A stretch of 64,000 bases of DNA, taken from positions 7,934 to 71,933 of IMG/VR virus record IMGVR_UViG_3300025771_000023, one strand, 5' to 3'. The notes under the pieces were generated by a model. The model was given only the letters and a program-made list of their open reading frames with translations, was not told the origin of the DNA and searched no databases. This document shows positions 56,805 through 64,000 of this stretch, piece by piece; the first letter of the stretch is position 1, and each line of letters opens with the position of its first letter. Both the position numbers and the translations under genes were made by a program. This DNA is from a virus.

Positions 56805-57202
56805 ACCAGTGCTCCAGTAGGGATTTCGATAACCTGGGCAAAGGTATCGCTCCAGGTTTTAGTATCATAACAGAACCACTCACCATTTTGGAAGATATAA
56901 CCAAATTCTTCACCATTCTTAAAGAACTCAGTCATGGTTTCGTCATGACGAGGAGGGCAATCTTCGCCGCGAGCGGAGTAATACAGGGGACCAACTTCGG
57001 GCAGGGTTTCATTGTTCCAACCTGCATCAGTCCGAGCACAAGACATATCACCACCATCAATCAGTTCACGAACTTTCTCAATGGTATCATAATGAGTGCG
57101 AAGAATGCGACCATTGTAGGCAGGATAACCATTATAATGACAATAGACAGACACAATGCTGCCATCAGAGAGTTGGAGACCAATGCGTGAGCGGGTTGCC
57201 AT
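56801..57202 (-). CDS. conserved phage early protein (MxTRSxI...YCHxxGYP type)
   Basis: MATRSRIG...SVYCHYNGYP...LIDGGDMS...EEFGYIF..GEW. Confidence 0.85.
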   Translation of the reverse strand: MATRSRIGLQLSDGSIVSVYCHYNGYPAYNGRILRTHYDTIEKVRELIDGGDMSCARTDAGWNNETLPEVGPLYYSARGEDCPPRHDETMTEFFKNGEEFGYIFQNGEWFCYDTKTWSDTFAQVIEIPTGALV

Positions 57203-57227
57203 GGGGTGTTCCCTTGATTACCTCTGT

Positions 57228-57286
57228 ATTATAGGGCATTAAAAAGGGGCATCGCTGCCCCTTGTGCCGCTTATTCAACTGTCACA
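57228..57286 (-). promoter_or_regulatory. early promoter cassette with embedded terminator hairpin
   Basis: TATAAT 57228-57233; TGTGCCGCTT..AACTGTCACA from 57263; AGGGGCA-N4-TGCCCCT hairpin with a U tract on the minus strand. Confidence 0.75.
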
Positions 57287-57288
57287 CC

Positions 57289-57363
57289 TCAAGTCGATGG
57301 TGTCATTTTTCCTGCAACATAAGCAACGAGACCCAAAACTCCAAGTGTTAAAAAGATTTCCAT
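57289..57363 (-). CDS. 24-aa hydrophobic peptide, not in ORF track
   Basis: MEIFLTLGVLGLVAYVAGKMTPST; TAAATA motif upstream. Confidence 0.45.
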   Translation of the reverse strand: MEIFLTLGVLGLVAYVAGKMTPST

Positions 57364-57476
57364 ATTTGTTTTTAAATACAAATTACATTACTATTTAATC
57401 AATTTAGTATCGTTATTATACCAAAAAGTTATCATTTATACCAAAATATAAAGAAAATGTTATGTAATTCTAACAA

Positions 57477-57689
57477 TCAATCATCATATACTCTACATTC
57501 CATTGCATCAGGATGAGTGTCACAATACAACTCTAATGAGTTTGGATCGTGTTCCTCTCCAGGATGATGTTCTTTATAAACTTTGAGTGCTTCAAGTTCT
57601 TCTTCTGTGTGTCTTCTGCTTTGTGGAGAAATGGTTGGATCACTCAAAAGTTCTTCATCATGTTGAATGTGTTGGTCGATGTTATCCAT
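57477..57689 (-). CDS. cp12: CP12 Calvin-cycle inhibitor (auxiliary metabolic gene)
   Basis: C-terminal LELYCDTHPDAMECRVYDD CP12 signature; 70 aa; AATAAATA at 57716-57723 upstream. Confidence 0.95.
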   Translation of the reverse strand: MDNIDQHIQHDEELLSDPTISPQSRRHTEEELEALKVYKEHHPGEEHDPNSLELYCDTHPDAMECRVYDD

Positions 57690-57718
57690 TTTTACTTAAA
57701 ATGTCCTAATAAGAGTAT

Positions 57719-57925
57719 TTATTTGTGCTGATCACCCATTCGCTCTTCCATATAGTCAAACATACTATCAATATTGATAATACTTTCGATTGTTACAATC
57801 ATATCAGAGATATGCTTTGAGATATATGGTTTCTCGTTTCGTGCGGCAGAAACAAGAGCATTACGCAAACAAGATTCTGCATCTCGTAGTGATTCTTCTG
57901 TTTGTTTGGATAATGCCATCAACAA
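57719..57925 (-). CDS. hypothetical protein
   Basis: MALSKQTEESL.DA...LRNAL..AARNEKP. Confidence 0.75.
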   Translation of the reverse strand: MLMALSKQTEESLRDAESCLRNALVSAARNEKPYISKHISDMIVTIESIINIDSMFDYMEERMGDQHK

Positions 57926-58269
57926 TCTCCTCCTGTAATATCTTTATCTTCCCAAAACTTTTGAAATGCAGGATCCATACTTTCATACTTATGAGGAGGA
58001 GTTACGACATGAAATTTACGAAGAAGTGCCTCACCAGCATTCAGACATGCACTATGATACTGATTTCTCTCCTTGATTGCAGATACAATCGTATTATAGA
58101 TTTCATCCGTAGTTGCATCAGAATCCAGAGCATCATGGATCCATTCATTCAAATTGCGAAGAGAATAACTCTTGTAATCTTTTTCATCAGGTTTCATTTT
58201 TTGTCTCCTTTCATGAGTTTTTTGACCAATTGTGCTTTTTCCATGAATGGACTGCTCATTGTAACCCAT
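57919..58269 (-). CDS. hypothetical protein (start probably MKPDEK)
   Basis: YSL.NL.EWIHDAL...EIY..I. Confidence 0.7.
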   Translation of the reverse strand: MGYNEQSIHGKSTIGQKTHERRQKMKPDEKDYKSYSLRNLNEWIHDALDSDATTDEIYNTIVSAIKERNQYHSACLNAGEALLRKFHVVTPPHKYESMDPAFQKFWEDKDITGGDC

Positions 58270-58403
58270 CCATTCAGTTCTCCCATAATATCACGATGAA
58301 TATCATGAGCAGTAATAGACTTGTCCGTCATGTATTCGGTGATAACATCAGCAAGAAGATCCCTGCGTTCGTTGTAGTAGGATTGCTCACTTGTCGCATT
58401 CAT
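58194..58403 (-). CDS. hypothetical protein
   Basis: 69-aa helical ORF. Confidence 0.7.
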   Translation of the reverse strand: MNATSEQSYYNERRDLLADVITEYMTDKSITAHDIHRDIMGELNGWVTMSSPFMEKAQLVKKLMKGDKK

Positions 58404-58548
58404 AGTCTTTGATTGCTTGTTCTATGATAACCTGAAGTTGCTTACTTGTCAATCCATTTAACCATCCCCAGTTAGGATCTTCTTTATCCCATTCTAAACT
58501 AAAAGAACCATCTTTATTCTGATGTATTTTGAGACTATCATCCATCAT
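58387..58548 (-). CDS. hypothetical protein, not in ORF track
   Basis: MMDDSLKIHQNKDGSFSLEWDKEDPNWGWLNGLTSKQLQVIIEQAIK. Confidence 0.7.
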   Translation of the reverse strand: MMDDSLKIHQNKDGSFSLEWDKEDPNWGWLNGLTSKQLQVIIEQAIKDYECDK

Positions 58549-58714
58549 TTTTATGTTGCTTACGGACTTTTTTGAGTGATTTAAGTTCTTCTTTGATGGA
58601 TTGATATGCCTCTTCTGGTGTAATCCTTCGACTCATTTCCATGGCAATCGCAAACTCTACTCTGGTGCCAAAGTGTTTGAGTGCTTCTTCAAAGTCATTC
58701 AGTTCTTCGTACAT
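58538..58714 (-). CDS. small helical protein, cyanobacterial-like, not in ORF track
   Basis: MYEELNDFEEALKHFGTRVEFAIAMEMSRRITPEEAYQSIKEELKSLKK. Confidence 0.7.
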   Translation of the reverse strand: MYEELNDFEEALKHFGTRVEFAIAMEMSRRITPEEAYQSIKEELKSLKKVRKQHKNDG

Positions 58715-58938
58715 TTTTCACAACCCTCATTTAAAGTATCTATTCGCATTTCAAGAGTATTGATAAGATGACGATATTCTTTCATAATAATCATCATTTC
58801 ATTTTCAAGACCTTCCACACGATATTCAAGTGCTTTGATCTTTTTCTTCAATTTTTGGATCTTATCAACGTTGGAAGGGTAGACAGGTTTCATGGTAGGA
58901 CGCAAAAACCACTTAAAATACTTTGTAAATCTATTCAT
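58699..58938 (-). CDS. coiled-coil hypothetical protein
   Basis: Heptad-rich 79-aa ORF. Confidence 0.65.
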   Translation of the reverse strand: MNRFTKYFKWFLRPTMKPVYPSNVDKIQKLKKKIKALEYRVEGLENEMMIIMKEYRHLINTLEMRIDTLNEGCEKCTKN

Positions 58939-59183
58939 AAGTTTTGACTCTTCATAAATGAAACCGAATTAAACTTACCCTCGTAACCTGCAAGTTTAAG
59001 TTTGGTGTGAGATGTGTGGACTTCGGTATATTCCACAGTATATTCTTTTCCTTTGGTAAGAACACCATTGGGATCGGTATTTGCTCCCCAATTTACCATT
59101 TCAGGAGAAGAACCAATGTACTTTACAGTGTCACCCTTTTGGATTCGCATCTTTTTCAATTGATTTTTGAATTTGTTGTGCAA
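58935..59183 (-). CDS. SH3-like hypothetical protein (start probably MRIQKGD)
   Basis: GDTVKYIG...WG.N.DP...L..G..Y.V...HTKL...FNSVSF. Confidence 0.75.
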   Translation of the reverse strand: MHNKFKNQLKKMRIQKGDTVKYIGSSPEMVNWGANTDPNGVLTKGKEYTVEYTEVHTSHTKLKLAGYEGKFNSVSFMKSQNL

Positions 59184-59382
59184 GTTTGTAAGAACGTCTC
59201 CATATCATATACTTTATGATAGGATTTCGTGGATTATAAAGTATCCACCATTTGGTTTTGGCAAACCACAGTTGGGCAATCTTACTGACAAGAAGAAATG
59301 CCTGAGCAATATTCTTGTCAATGGTGATGAGATAAAGTATCAGAGCAAATAATAAAAACCACGCATAATAGGCGGTTTCCAT
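59131..59382 (-). CDS. membrane hypothetical protein
   Basis: Hydrophobic N-terminus; NP.NPI.KY.IWRRS. Confidence 0.7.
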   Translation of the reverse strand: METAYYAWFLLFALILYLITIDKNIAQAFLLVSKIAQLWFAKTKWWILYNPRNPIIKYMIWRRSYKLAQQIQKSIEKDANPKG

Positions 59383-59561
59383 TACTGAAATTCCTCATTT
59401 CTTCGTGTGTCAAGATAGGTAATGACTTCATTACGCCACTCCATTAACTCATGGAAACATTTTTCTTCATGAGCATAAGCACGAAGTTCTGGATCTGGTT
59501 TCAGAACACTTTCATAGAAAATGAAAAAGGCATCTTTGCGTTTGGTCTCTTTTTCTGTCAT
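59382..59561 (-). CDS. hypothetical protein, not in ORF track
   Basis: MTEKETKRKDAFFIFYESVLKPDPELRAYAHEEKCFHELMEWR; coupled on both sides. Confidence 0.7.
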   Translation of the reverse strand: MTEKETKRKDAFFIFYESVLKPDPELRAYAHEEKCFHELMEWRNEVITYLDTRRNEEFQ

Positions 59562-59800
59562 AGAAAATTCTCCAGAGATGAGTTTGTGTTCTTGGTTGCC
59601 TTACTACTCTTACTGATGTAAGACTTTGCCGTCTTCAAATTATTGGAGACATGGACTTGCTTTCCATTATGTATAATAACGAACTTATTTCCCCATGGAA
59701 TAGCAGCCCATACTCCATCTTTCGTTACATAACCATCGGGATCTCCAAAAACTTCATTTAAAAGACTTGGATTTGGTATGAATGGTTTCTGAAACTTCAT
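59558..59800 (-). CDS. hypothetical protein
   Basis: GYVTKDGVWAAIPW...IIHNGKQV. Confidence 0.75.
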   Translation of the reverse strand: MKFQKPFIPNPSLLNEVFGDPDGYVTKDGVWAAIPWGNKFVIIHNGKQVHVSNNLKTAKSYISKSSKATKNTNSSLENFL

Positions 59801-59940
59801 TTAAAGACACCAGTAACACTTACTACGGTTGCATTTGGATTACGTGCCAGTGCTACTTCGCGTGCCTCATCATAGTTACGAGCATGAACTTGCTCTTTAA
59901 AAGTTTTGCCAGCAACATAGAGAGTGACTTCAATCAGCAT
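59797..59940 (-). CDS. 47-aa hypothetical protein, not in ORF track
   Basis: MLIEVTLYVAGKTFKEQVHARNYDEAREVALARNPNATVVSV; GAGGA RBS; TATACT upstream. Confidence 0.75.
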   Translation of the reverse strand: MLIEVTLYVAGKTFKEQVHARNYDEAREVALARNPNATVVSVTGVFK

Positions 59941-59973
59941 TGGATTTCCTCTTGAATGAGTTTAGTATAACAG

Positions 59974-60010
59974 AAAAAAAAGAAAAAGATGGTATTTTTT
60001 ATACCATCTT
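59974..60010 (-). terminator. intrinsic terminator after helicase
   Basis: AAGATGGTAT-N5-ATACCATCTT followed by a long T tract on minus strand. Confidence 0.8.
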
Positions 60011-60015
60011 AAGAT

Positions 60016-61206
60016 TCAGCGCTTGACGACGCTGACAGCAGGTTCACCCTTCTCAAAAACCACATCAACGACTGCCTGAACCTTCTTAGCGGTGCTGATA
60101 CCCACAGAATCGTAAACGGGCACACAGACCAGTCCAAAGGTCTTCTGAGACCCTCCCAGACGAATCACACGACCGATTGACTGGGAGATGCCGATGTAGT
60201 CCATGTTCCGCATGAACAGGACTGCTTCCAGACCACTGACATTGATACCTTCTGACAAAATAGAGTGATGAAGCACCACAAACTTCTTGGAAGGATCTTT
60301 ACCCCAAGCATTCAGAGTCTCAAAGAACACCTCACGATTGACTTTCTTACCGTCAATAATACCACCAGTCTTGGCAGTAATAGTCATCCAGGAGTAACCC
60401 ATGAATGCAAGTTCGCCAATAAACTCAGACTCACTGAGAAGGCGAACAATCTGCTTGGTAGAGCGAGCACAGATCAAAATCTTATCCAGAGAGTTATCCT
60501 TGATAGTCTCCAAAAGATTCTCTGCATCGCGTTCTTGAATGAGTTGCTTACCCTTGAGCATAGGAAGTTGCTTGACAACAACCTTAGGAGGAAGAATGTA
60601 ACCACCCTCCACCAGTTCGGGAGCACCAACCTGACAGATTACATTACCATAAACCTCAGGCATGTTCATGCCAGGTTTTGCAATAGTGGCAGAATGCTTA
60701 GGAGTAGCAGTGAAGAAAAAGCAACGCTTAGCGTTAACAGAAAAATACTCTGTCGCGCCAAAGAAATTGCGCTGAACACTATTATGTGCCTCATCAAAGT
60801 AAATACAATCTACCTCAATACCTGCCTCTTCAAGTTTATGAAGGGAGTGATAAGTAGTGAAGATGATCTCATGCTCACCAGCAGTCTTACAGATGTTATG
60901 ATGAAGTTGAATCTGATTGACTTTGGTGGTGCTGAAATACTTGGTCTCACCACTATGAACGTGCATCACATTGATGCTCTTGGAAGTAAACTCTTTGAAC
61001 TCAGAGCAGAGTTGCTCTGCCAGAAGAATACGAGGAGCAACAATCACAAACGTATGACGCTTGGTTGTCATCTCCATACAAGACAAGATGTCCTCAAAGA
61101 TACACATAGTCTTGCCACCACCAGTCGGGATGATAACCTGACCTTTGGCATTGTCCCACATGGCGTTCACAGCACGCTCTTGATGGGGGCGTAGAGTGGT
61201 CGGCAT
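60016..61206 (-). CDS. SF2 DEAH helicase (ResIII-like), stand-alone
   Basis: LRPHQ, PTGGGKT, DEAH, TATP, LSEGIN, QSIGRVIR. Confidence 0.92.
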   Translation of the reverse strand: MPTTLRPHQERAVNAMWDNAKGQVIIPTGGGKTMCIFEDILSCMEMTTKRHTFVIVAPRILLAEQLCSEFKEFTSKSINVMHVHSGETKYFSTTKVNQIQLHHNICKTAGEHEIIFTTYHSLHKLEEAGIEVDCIYFDEAHNSVQRNFFGATEYFSVNAKRCFFFTATPKHSATIAKPGMNMPEVYGNVICQVGAPELVEGGYILPPKVVVKQLPMLKGKQLIQERDAENLLETIKDNSLDKILICARSTKQIVRLLSESEFIGELAFMGYSWMTITAKTGGIIDGKKVNREVFFETLNAWGKDPSKKFVVLHHSILSEGINVSGLEAVLFMRNMDYIGISQSIGRVIRLGGSQKTFGLVCVPVYDSVGISTAKKVQAVVDVVFEKGEPAVSVVKR

Positions 61207-61237
61207 AGGGATCAGGGCGTCTTGCGTTGATAAAGTT

Positions 61238-61294
61238 ATTATAGCATCACACAGACGCCTCTGACGACCATTGTGACGGTTTACTTACTGTCCA
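61238..61294 (-). promoter_or_regulatory. early promoter cassette (-10 TATAAT)
   Basis: TGTGACGGTT...ACTGTCCA at 61272. Confidence 0.7.
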
Positions 61295-61904
61295 ACAATG
61301 CTTCCAATTTCTTGATTCTTGCCTCTTGATCCTCTATCTTCTTAACAAGTTTGGCATGATTCTGAACAGGACCAAACTTATAAGTAAAACCAACTTTACC
61401 GGCGAACTTATCAAATCCTTCGGTCTTCATTTCTTCACCAACTAACATCGAACCACCAAAGTTCAATGAAAAGTTATCATTCAGATTCGTGGCACAACCC
61501 AAACCAACGGCATACTTATAACTATGCGTACCACCACCTACTCCACAAGATACAGGAGCATCGGCAGATGTCGAAGGAAGAGAAGACATTGCAACAGAAA
61601 GTGCGGTTGCTCCAGATACATCTTGTCTCAGATTCTCGATTGCTTTTGTGTTCGCATTAATCTCATCGGTATAATCTTTAATCTCGACACCCTTAAGAGA
61701 ATCAATTTCTTTTTTATTCTTATTAATCTCGACGAGATTTGAATCTGATTGTCTCGTAATCTTAACAAGATCTTCTGTAAAGATTGCTGTATTATTCTCG
61801 TCAGCACCAAGATAACGATTGTCAACCATTTGTGCTTGTGCTGTTGATGAAAAAGCAGTTGCCCCAAGAAAGGCAACTGCCACTAAAGATTTAATTCGAT
61901 TCAT
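61281..61904 (-). CDS. secreted protein with YadA-like C-terminal anchor
   Basis: Signal peptide ending AQA; coiled stalk; GATALSVAMSSLP...GVGGG....AVGLG...GFTYKF. Confidence 0.75.
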   Translation of the reverse strand: MNRIKSLVAVAFLGATAFSSTAQAQMVDNRYLGADENNTAIFTEDLVKITRQSDSNLVEINKNKKEIDSLKGVEIKDYTDEINANTKAIENLRQDVSGATALSVAMSSLPSTSADAPVSCGVGGGTHSYKYAVGLGCATNLNDNFSLNFGGSMLVGEEMKTEGFDKFAGKVGFTYKFGPVQNHAKLVKKIEDQEARIKKLEALLDSK

Positions 61905-62004
61905 TATTGAGTCAATAGTTCAGAGTTATATAGTCAAATTTAATATTTACTTAATATGACCTTCAAACCCAACAAAGGTAGTCTACTGGGTTTTGAGTGT
62001 TATG

Positions 62005-63264
62005 TCAAGTACCTTGACTTCCTATCAAATTATCGTTATTATTACCAAATAAAATATAAGAATTTATATTTGTTGTTTTTATTGCTTTTCCACCTTTGGT
62101 AGTTTTAGTCGAAGCTGTATTACCACCAGATCCAGCAAGTCCACTTCCTGTGCCAGGATTATTGCAAGAAACACAACCTGATTTCGCACAAGGTCCTACA
62201 TCAGCTCTATGTCCACCCGAACCATTATCCCCATTGTTTCCTCCTAGACCTCCTGTTGCAGTCAACTGACCACCTTGCCCCCATTCTCCACCATCTCCAC
62301 CATCTCCACCTTTTCCACCATCTCCACCTTTTCCAGAGTAAATATTTCCCCATCCAGCTGCTGCAGCACTAACACTATCTTGTTTGCCTACAGTTCCATC
62401 TATCCCTCCAGAACCTTGAATGCTGCCAGTAAGGTTACTATATCCTCTTCCAGTGCCGCCATCTCCACCTGCTCCTCCCAGTCCTGGAGGACCATTTCCA
62501 GTTTGAATTTGAGTACAACTTACTCCACCCATTCCATAGATTAAGTATGTTGCTCCTCCTTGCCCCCCATTTCCACCGCTTCCACCTTGTGGTCCACCAC
62601 CACCACCTCCAAAGACTTTGCTATTTGGTGCTAAATCTATGTAAACATTTTTACCACCAAAAGTTTTTATTTCTAGAGCATTTCCCCCGTTAGTTGGATC
62701 TGCCCCTGCTACTTCTCCTATTCCAGCAGCACCATAAACATTTCCAGAAATAGAAATAGTTAAGTTATTAGTTAGTGTGTTTATACTACATGATGCTAAA
62801 TCGGGATCATTTGAACCAACAGTCCCATCAATAAACATCCACTTACGAATAGTGAATGGAAGATTATTATTCCAATTTTGAGTAGAAATATCTAAATTTA
62901 AATCATCATTTGTTGGAGAAACGGCAGTCGATTGTTGAATGTAATAATATTTGACTGAACCCACAAATTGAGAAGTTTTCCAGTTATTTGACGAAGAAAT
63001 ATTATTATTTTCATTCGAACTTGGTACATAAGGTAGTTTTTGATCAAGTTCGGATAAATCTTCAATAGTTGGATCTTCAGTTGGTGTCGCAACACGCAAT
63101 AACTGTGATGCACTTATTGAGTCATCTTCTGCATCAAAGGTTTCACTTCCAGAAAAAGTAGTTCTAGGTTTCATTTTAAGAAAATACCTTCTTAAAGTTG
63201 AAAATTTAATTTCATCTCCAGATGAAATATTTGGTCCGACTTTAACGGGCGATGAAATAGTCAT
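62005..63264 (-). CDS. glycine-rich tail-tip/adhesin-like protein
   Basis: G.VYGAAG, NGGNAL, VFGGGGGG and many GGxGG runs; immediately downstream of a fibre gene. Confidence 0.7.
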   Translation of the reverse strand: MTISSPVKVGPNISSGDEIKFSTLRRYFLKMKPRTTFSGSETFDAEDDSISASQLLRVATPTEDPTIEDLSELDQKLPYVPSSNENNNISSSNNWKTSQFVGSVKYYYIQQSTAVSPTNDDLNLDISTQNWNNNLPFTIRKWMFIDGTVGSNDPDLASCSINTLTNNLTISISGNVYGAAGIGEVAGADPTNGGNALEIKTFGGKNVYIDLAPNSKVFGGGGGGPQGGSGGNGGQGGATYLIYGMGGVSCTQIQTGNGPPGLGGAGGDGGTGRGYSNLTGSIQGSGGIDGTVGKQDSVSAAAAGWGNIYSGKGGDGGKGGDGGDGGEWGQGGQLTATGGLGGNNGDNGSGGHRADVGPCAKSGCVSCNNPGTGSGLAGSGGNTASTKTTKGGKAIKTTNINSYILFGNNNDNLIGSQGT

Positions 63265-63266
63265 CT

Positions 63267-63998
63267 TTATACGGCGCTGTTATCTAAAGATCTCCAAGCA
63301 GTTCCATTATAAAATTGAATTTCATTTTGATCCGTGTTATATATGACTGCCCCAGCTACTGTGGATAATCCAGATCTTTCACTATCAGAAATTAATGGAA
63401 GAATCATAAATGCAGAAGATGATTGGTGAGATCCAGCGTCTCCAAAATCCACAGAAGATCTTCTATTAGTAGTTCCTACACCAACAGACTGAAACAAAGC
63501 TTCTTTATTTAAACAGTCCAATCCAGTGGCAATGGGATTTGTTGTGCCTATGCCAATTTTCCCATTTTCTGTGGTAATTTTAGATGTAAACTCAACAGCA
63601 GAAAATGTACTAAGTCCGGTAGAATTTAAATCATTTGAAAGAATATTTGGTAGAGTTATTGTGGCATTGAGCGTACCATCAATTGTTACGTCACTATCAA
63701 AATGTGCTGCTGCTGTAAATGTAGAAATTCCATTTACATGAAGTCTATGTGTTGGAGATGACTCATTAATACCAAGATTACCATCATATGTTAAAGTTAA
63801 TAATTTGCTATTATCTTGCCCATAAACCCATCTAAAGTTTCCTGTAGTTCCTGCTCCAGTTCCCTTATGAATAATGGTATCAATATTGCCAGTATCATAA
63901 TTGTAAAGTTCTAAATTCTTATTATGAAATCTTATTTCGGCAGAACTATTACCTATTCCAATAGAATTTCCAAGACCTATTTTTGCTTTATCAGTATC
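63267..63998 (-). CDS. tail fibre protein, C-terminal part (runs off window end)
   Basis: Frame reads open from the window edge: GNLGINESSP, GKIGIGTTNP, VGVGTT, GAVIYNTD...QFYNGTAW. Confidence 0.85.
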   Translation of the reverse strand, partial: DTDKAKIGLGNSIGIGNSSAEIRFHNKNLELYNYDTGNIDTIIHKGTGAGTTGNFRWVYGQDNSKLLTLTYDGNLGINESSPTHRLHVNGISTFTAAAHFDSDVTIDGTLNATITLPNILSNDLNSTGLSTFSAVEFTSKITTENGKIGIGTTNPIATGLDCLNKEALFQSVGVGTTNRRSSVDFGDAGSHQSSSAFMILPLISDSERSGLSTVAGAVIYNTDQNEIQFYNGTAWRSLDNSAV

Positions 63999-64000
63999 AG

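Noticed and set aside
57407-57421. NtcA site downstream of cp12
   Set aside because: The spacing is GTA-N9-TAC, not the required N8.
60265-61194. 309-aa plus-strand ORF
   Set aside because: It is an antisense shadow of the helicase with no motifs, RBS or promoter.
1-64000. tRNA, rRNA, integrase, transposase or reverse-transcriptase genes
   Set aside because: None was recognised by eye. A tRNAscan/Infernal run is needed to exclude small RNAs formally.

Overview
The window is 64 kb of a T4-like cyanomyovirus genome (Kyanoviridae-type), and essentially all real genes lie on the minus strand. Positions 1-41.7 kb are the AT-rich late morphogenesis module: gp23 (partial), gp22, gp21, gp20, gp19, gp18, gp17, gp16, gp15, gp14, gp13, fibre/baseplate proteins, a DUF4815/VrlC-like protein, gp8, a 3948-aa gp7, gp6 and gp25. 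It is driven by T4-type late promoters (TATAAATA). Positions 41.7-43.9 kb hold a short conserved operon (glycosyltransferase-like, ATP-grasp-like, AbrB-like). A sharp boundary at about 44.0 kb (28-bp tandem repeats, G7/C7 UUCG hairpin, GC jump) opens an early region, 44-62 kb. This region has many small ORFs behind a repeated palindrome/-10 promoter cassette and includes cp12, an SF2 helicase and a YadA-anchor protein. Tail fibre and adhesin genes close the window. The first highlight is a largely non-coding hub at 49.0-49.6 kb with six CTCGTCGAG palindromes, divergent sigma70 promoters, phased short repeats and four cyanobacterial-type DnaA boxes (TTTTCCACA) beside an AT-rich tract, i.e. a candidate host-oriC mimic or DnaA sink. 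The second is a translationally coupled three-gene cassette at 52.2-55.8 kb: a GIY-YIG/T5orf172-SF2 helicase plus an N6-adenine methyltransferase split into separate catalytic and SAM-binding polypeptides. Also notable are an NblA-like ORF hidden in the structural module and a candidate prohead-protease-processed polyprotein beside a protein carrying a T4 capsid-targeting sequence. All calls come from motif recognition by eye; no database searches were run.
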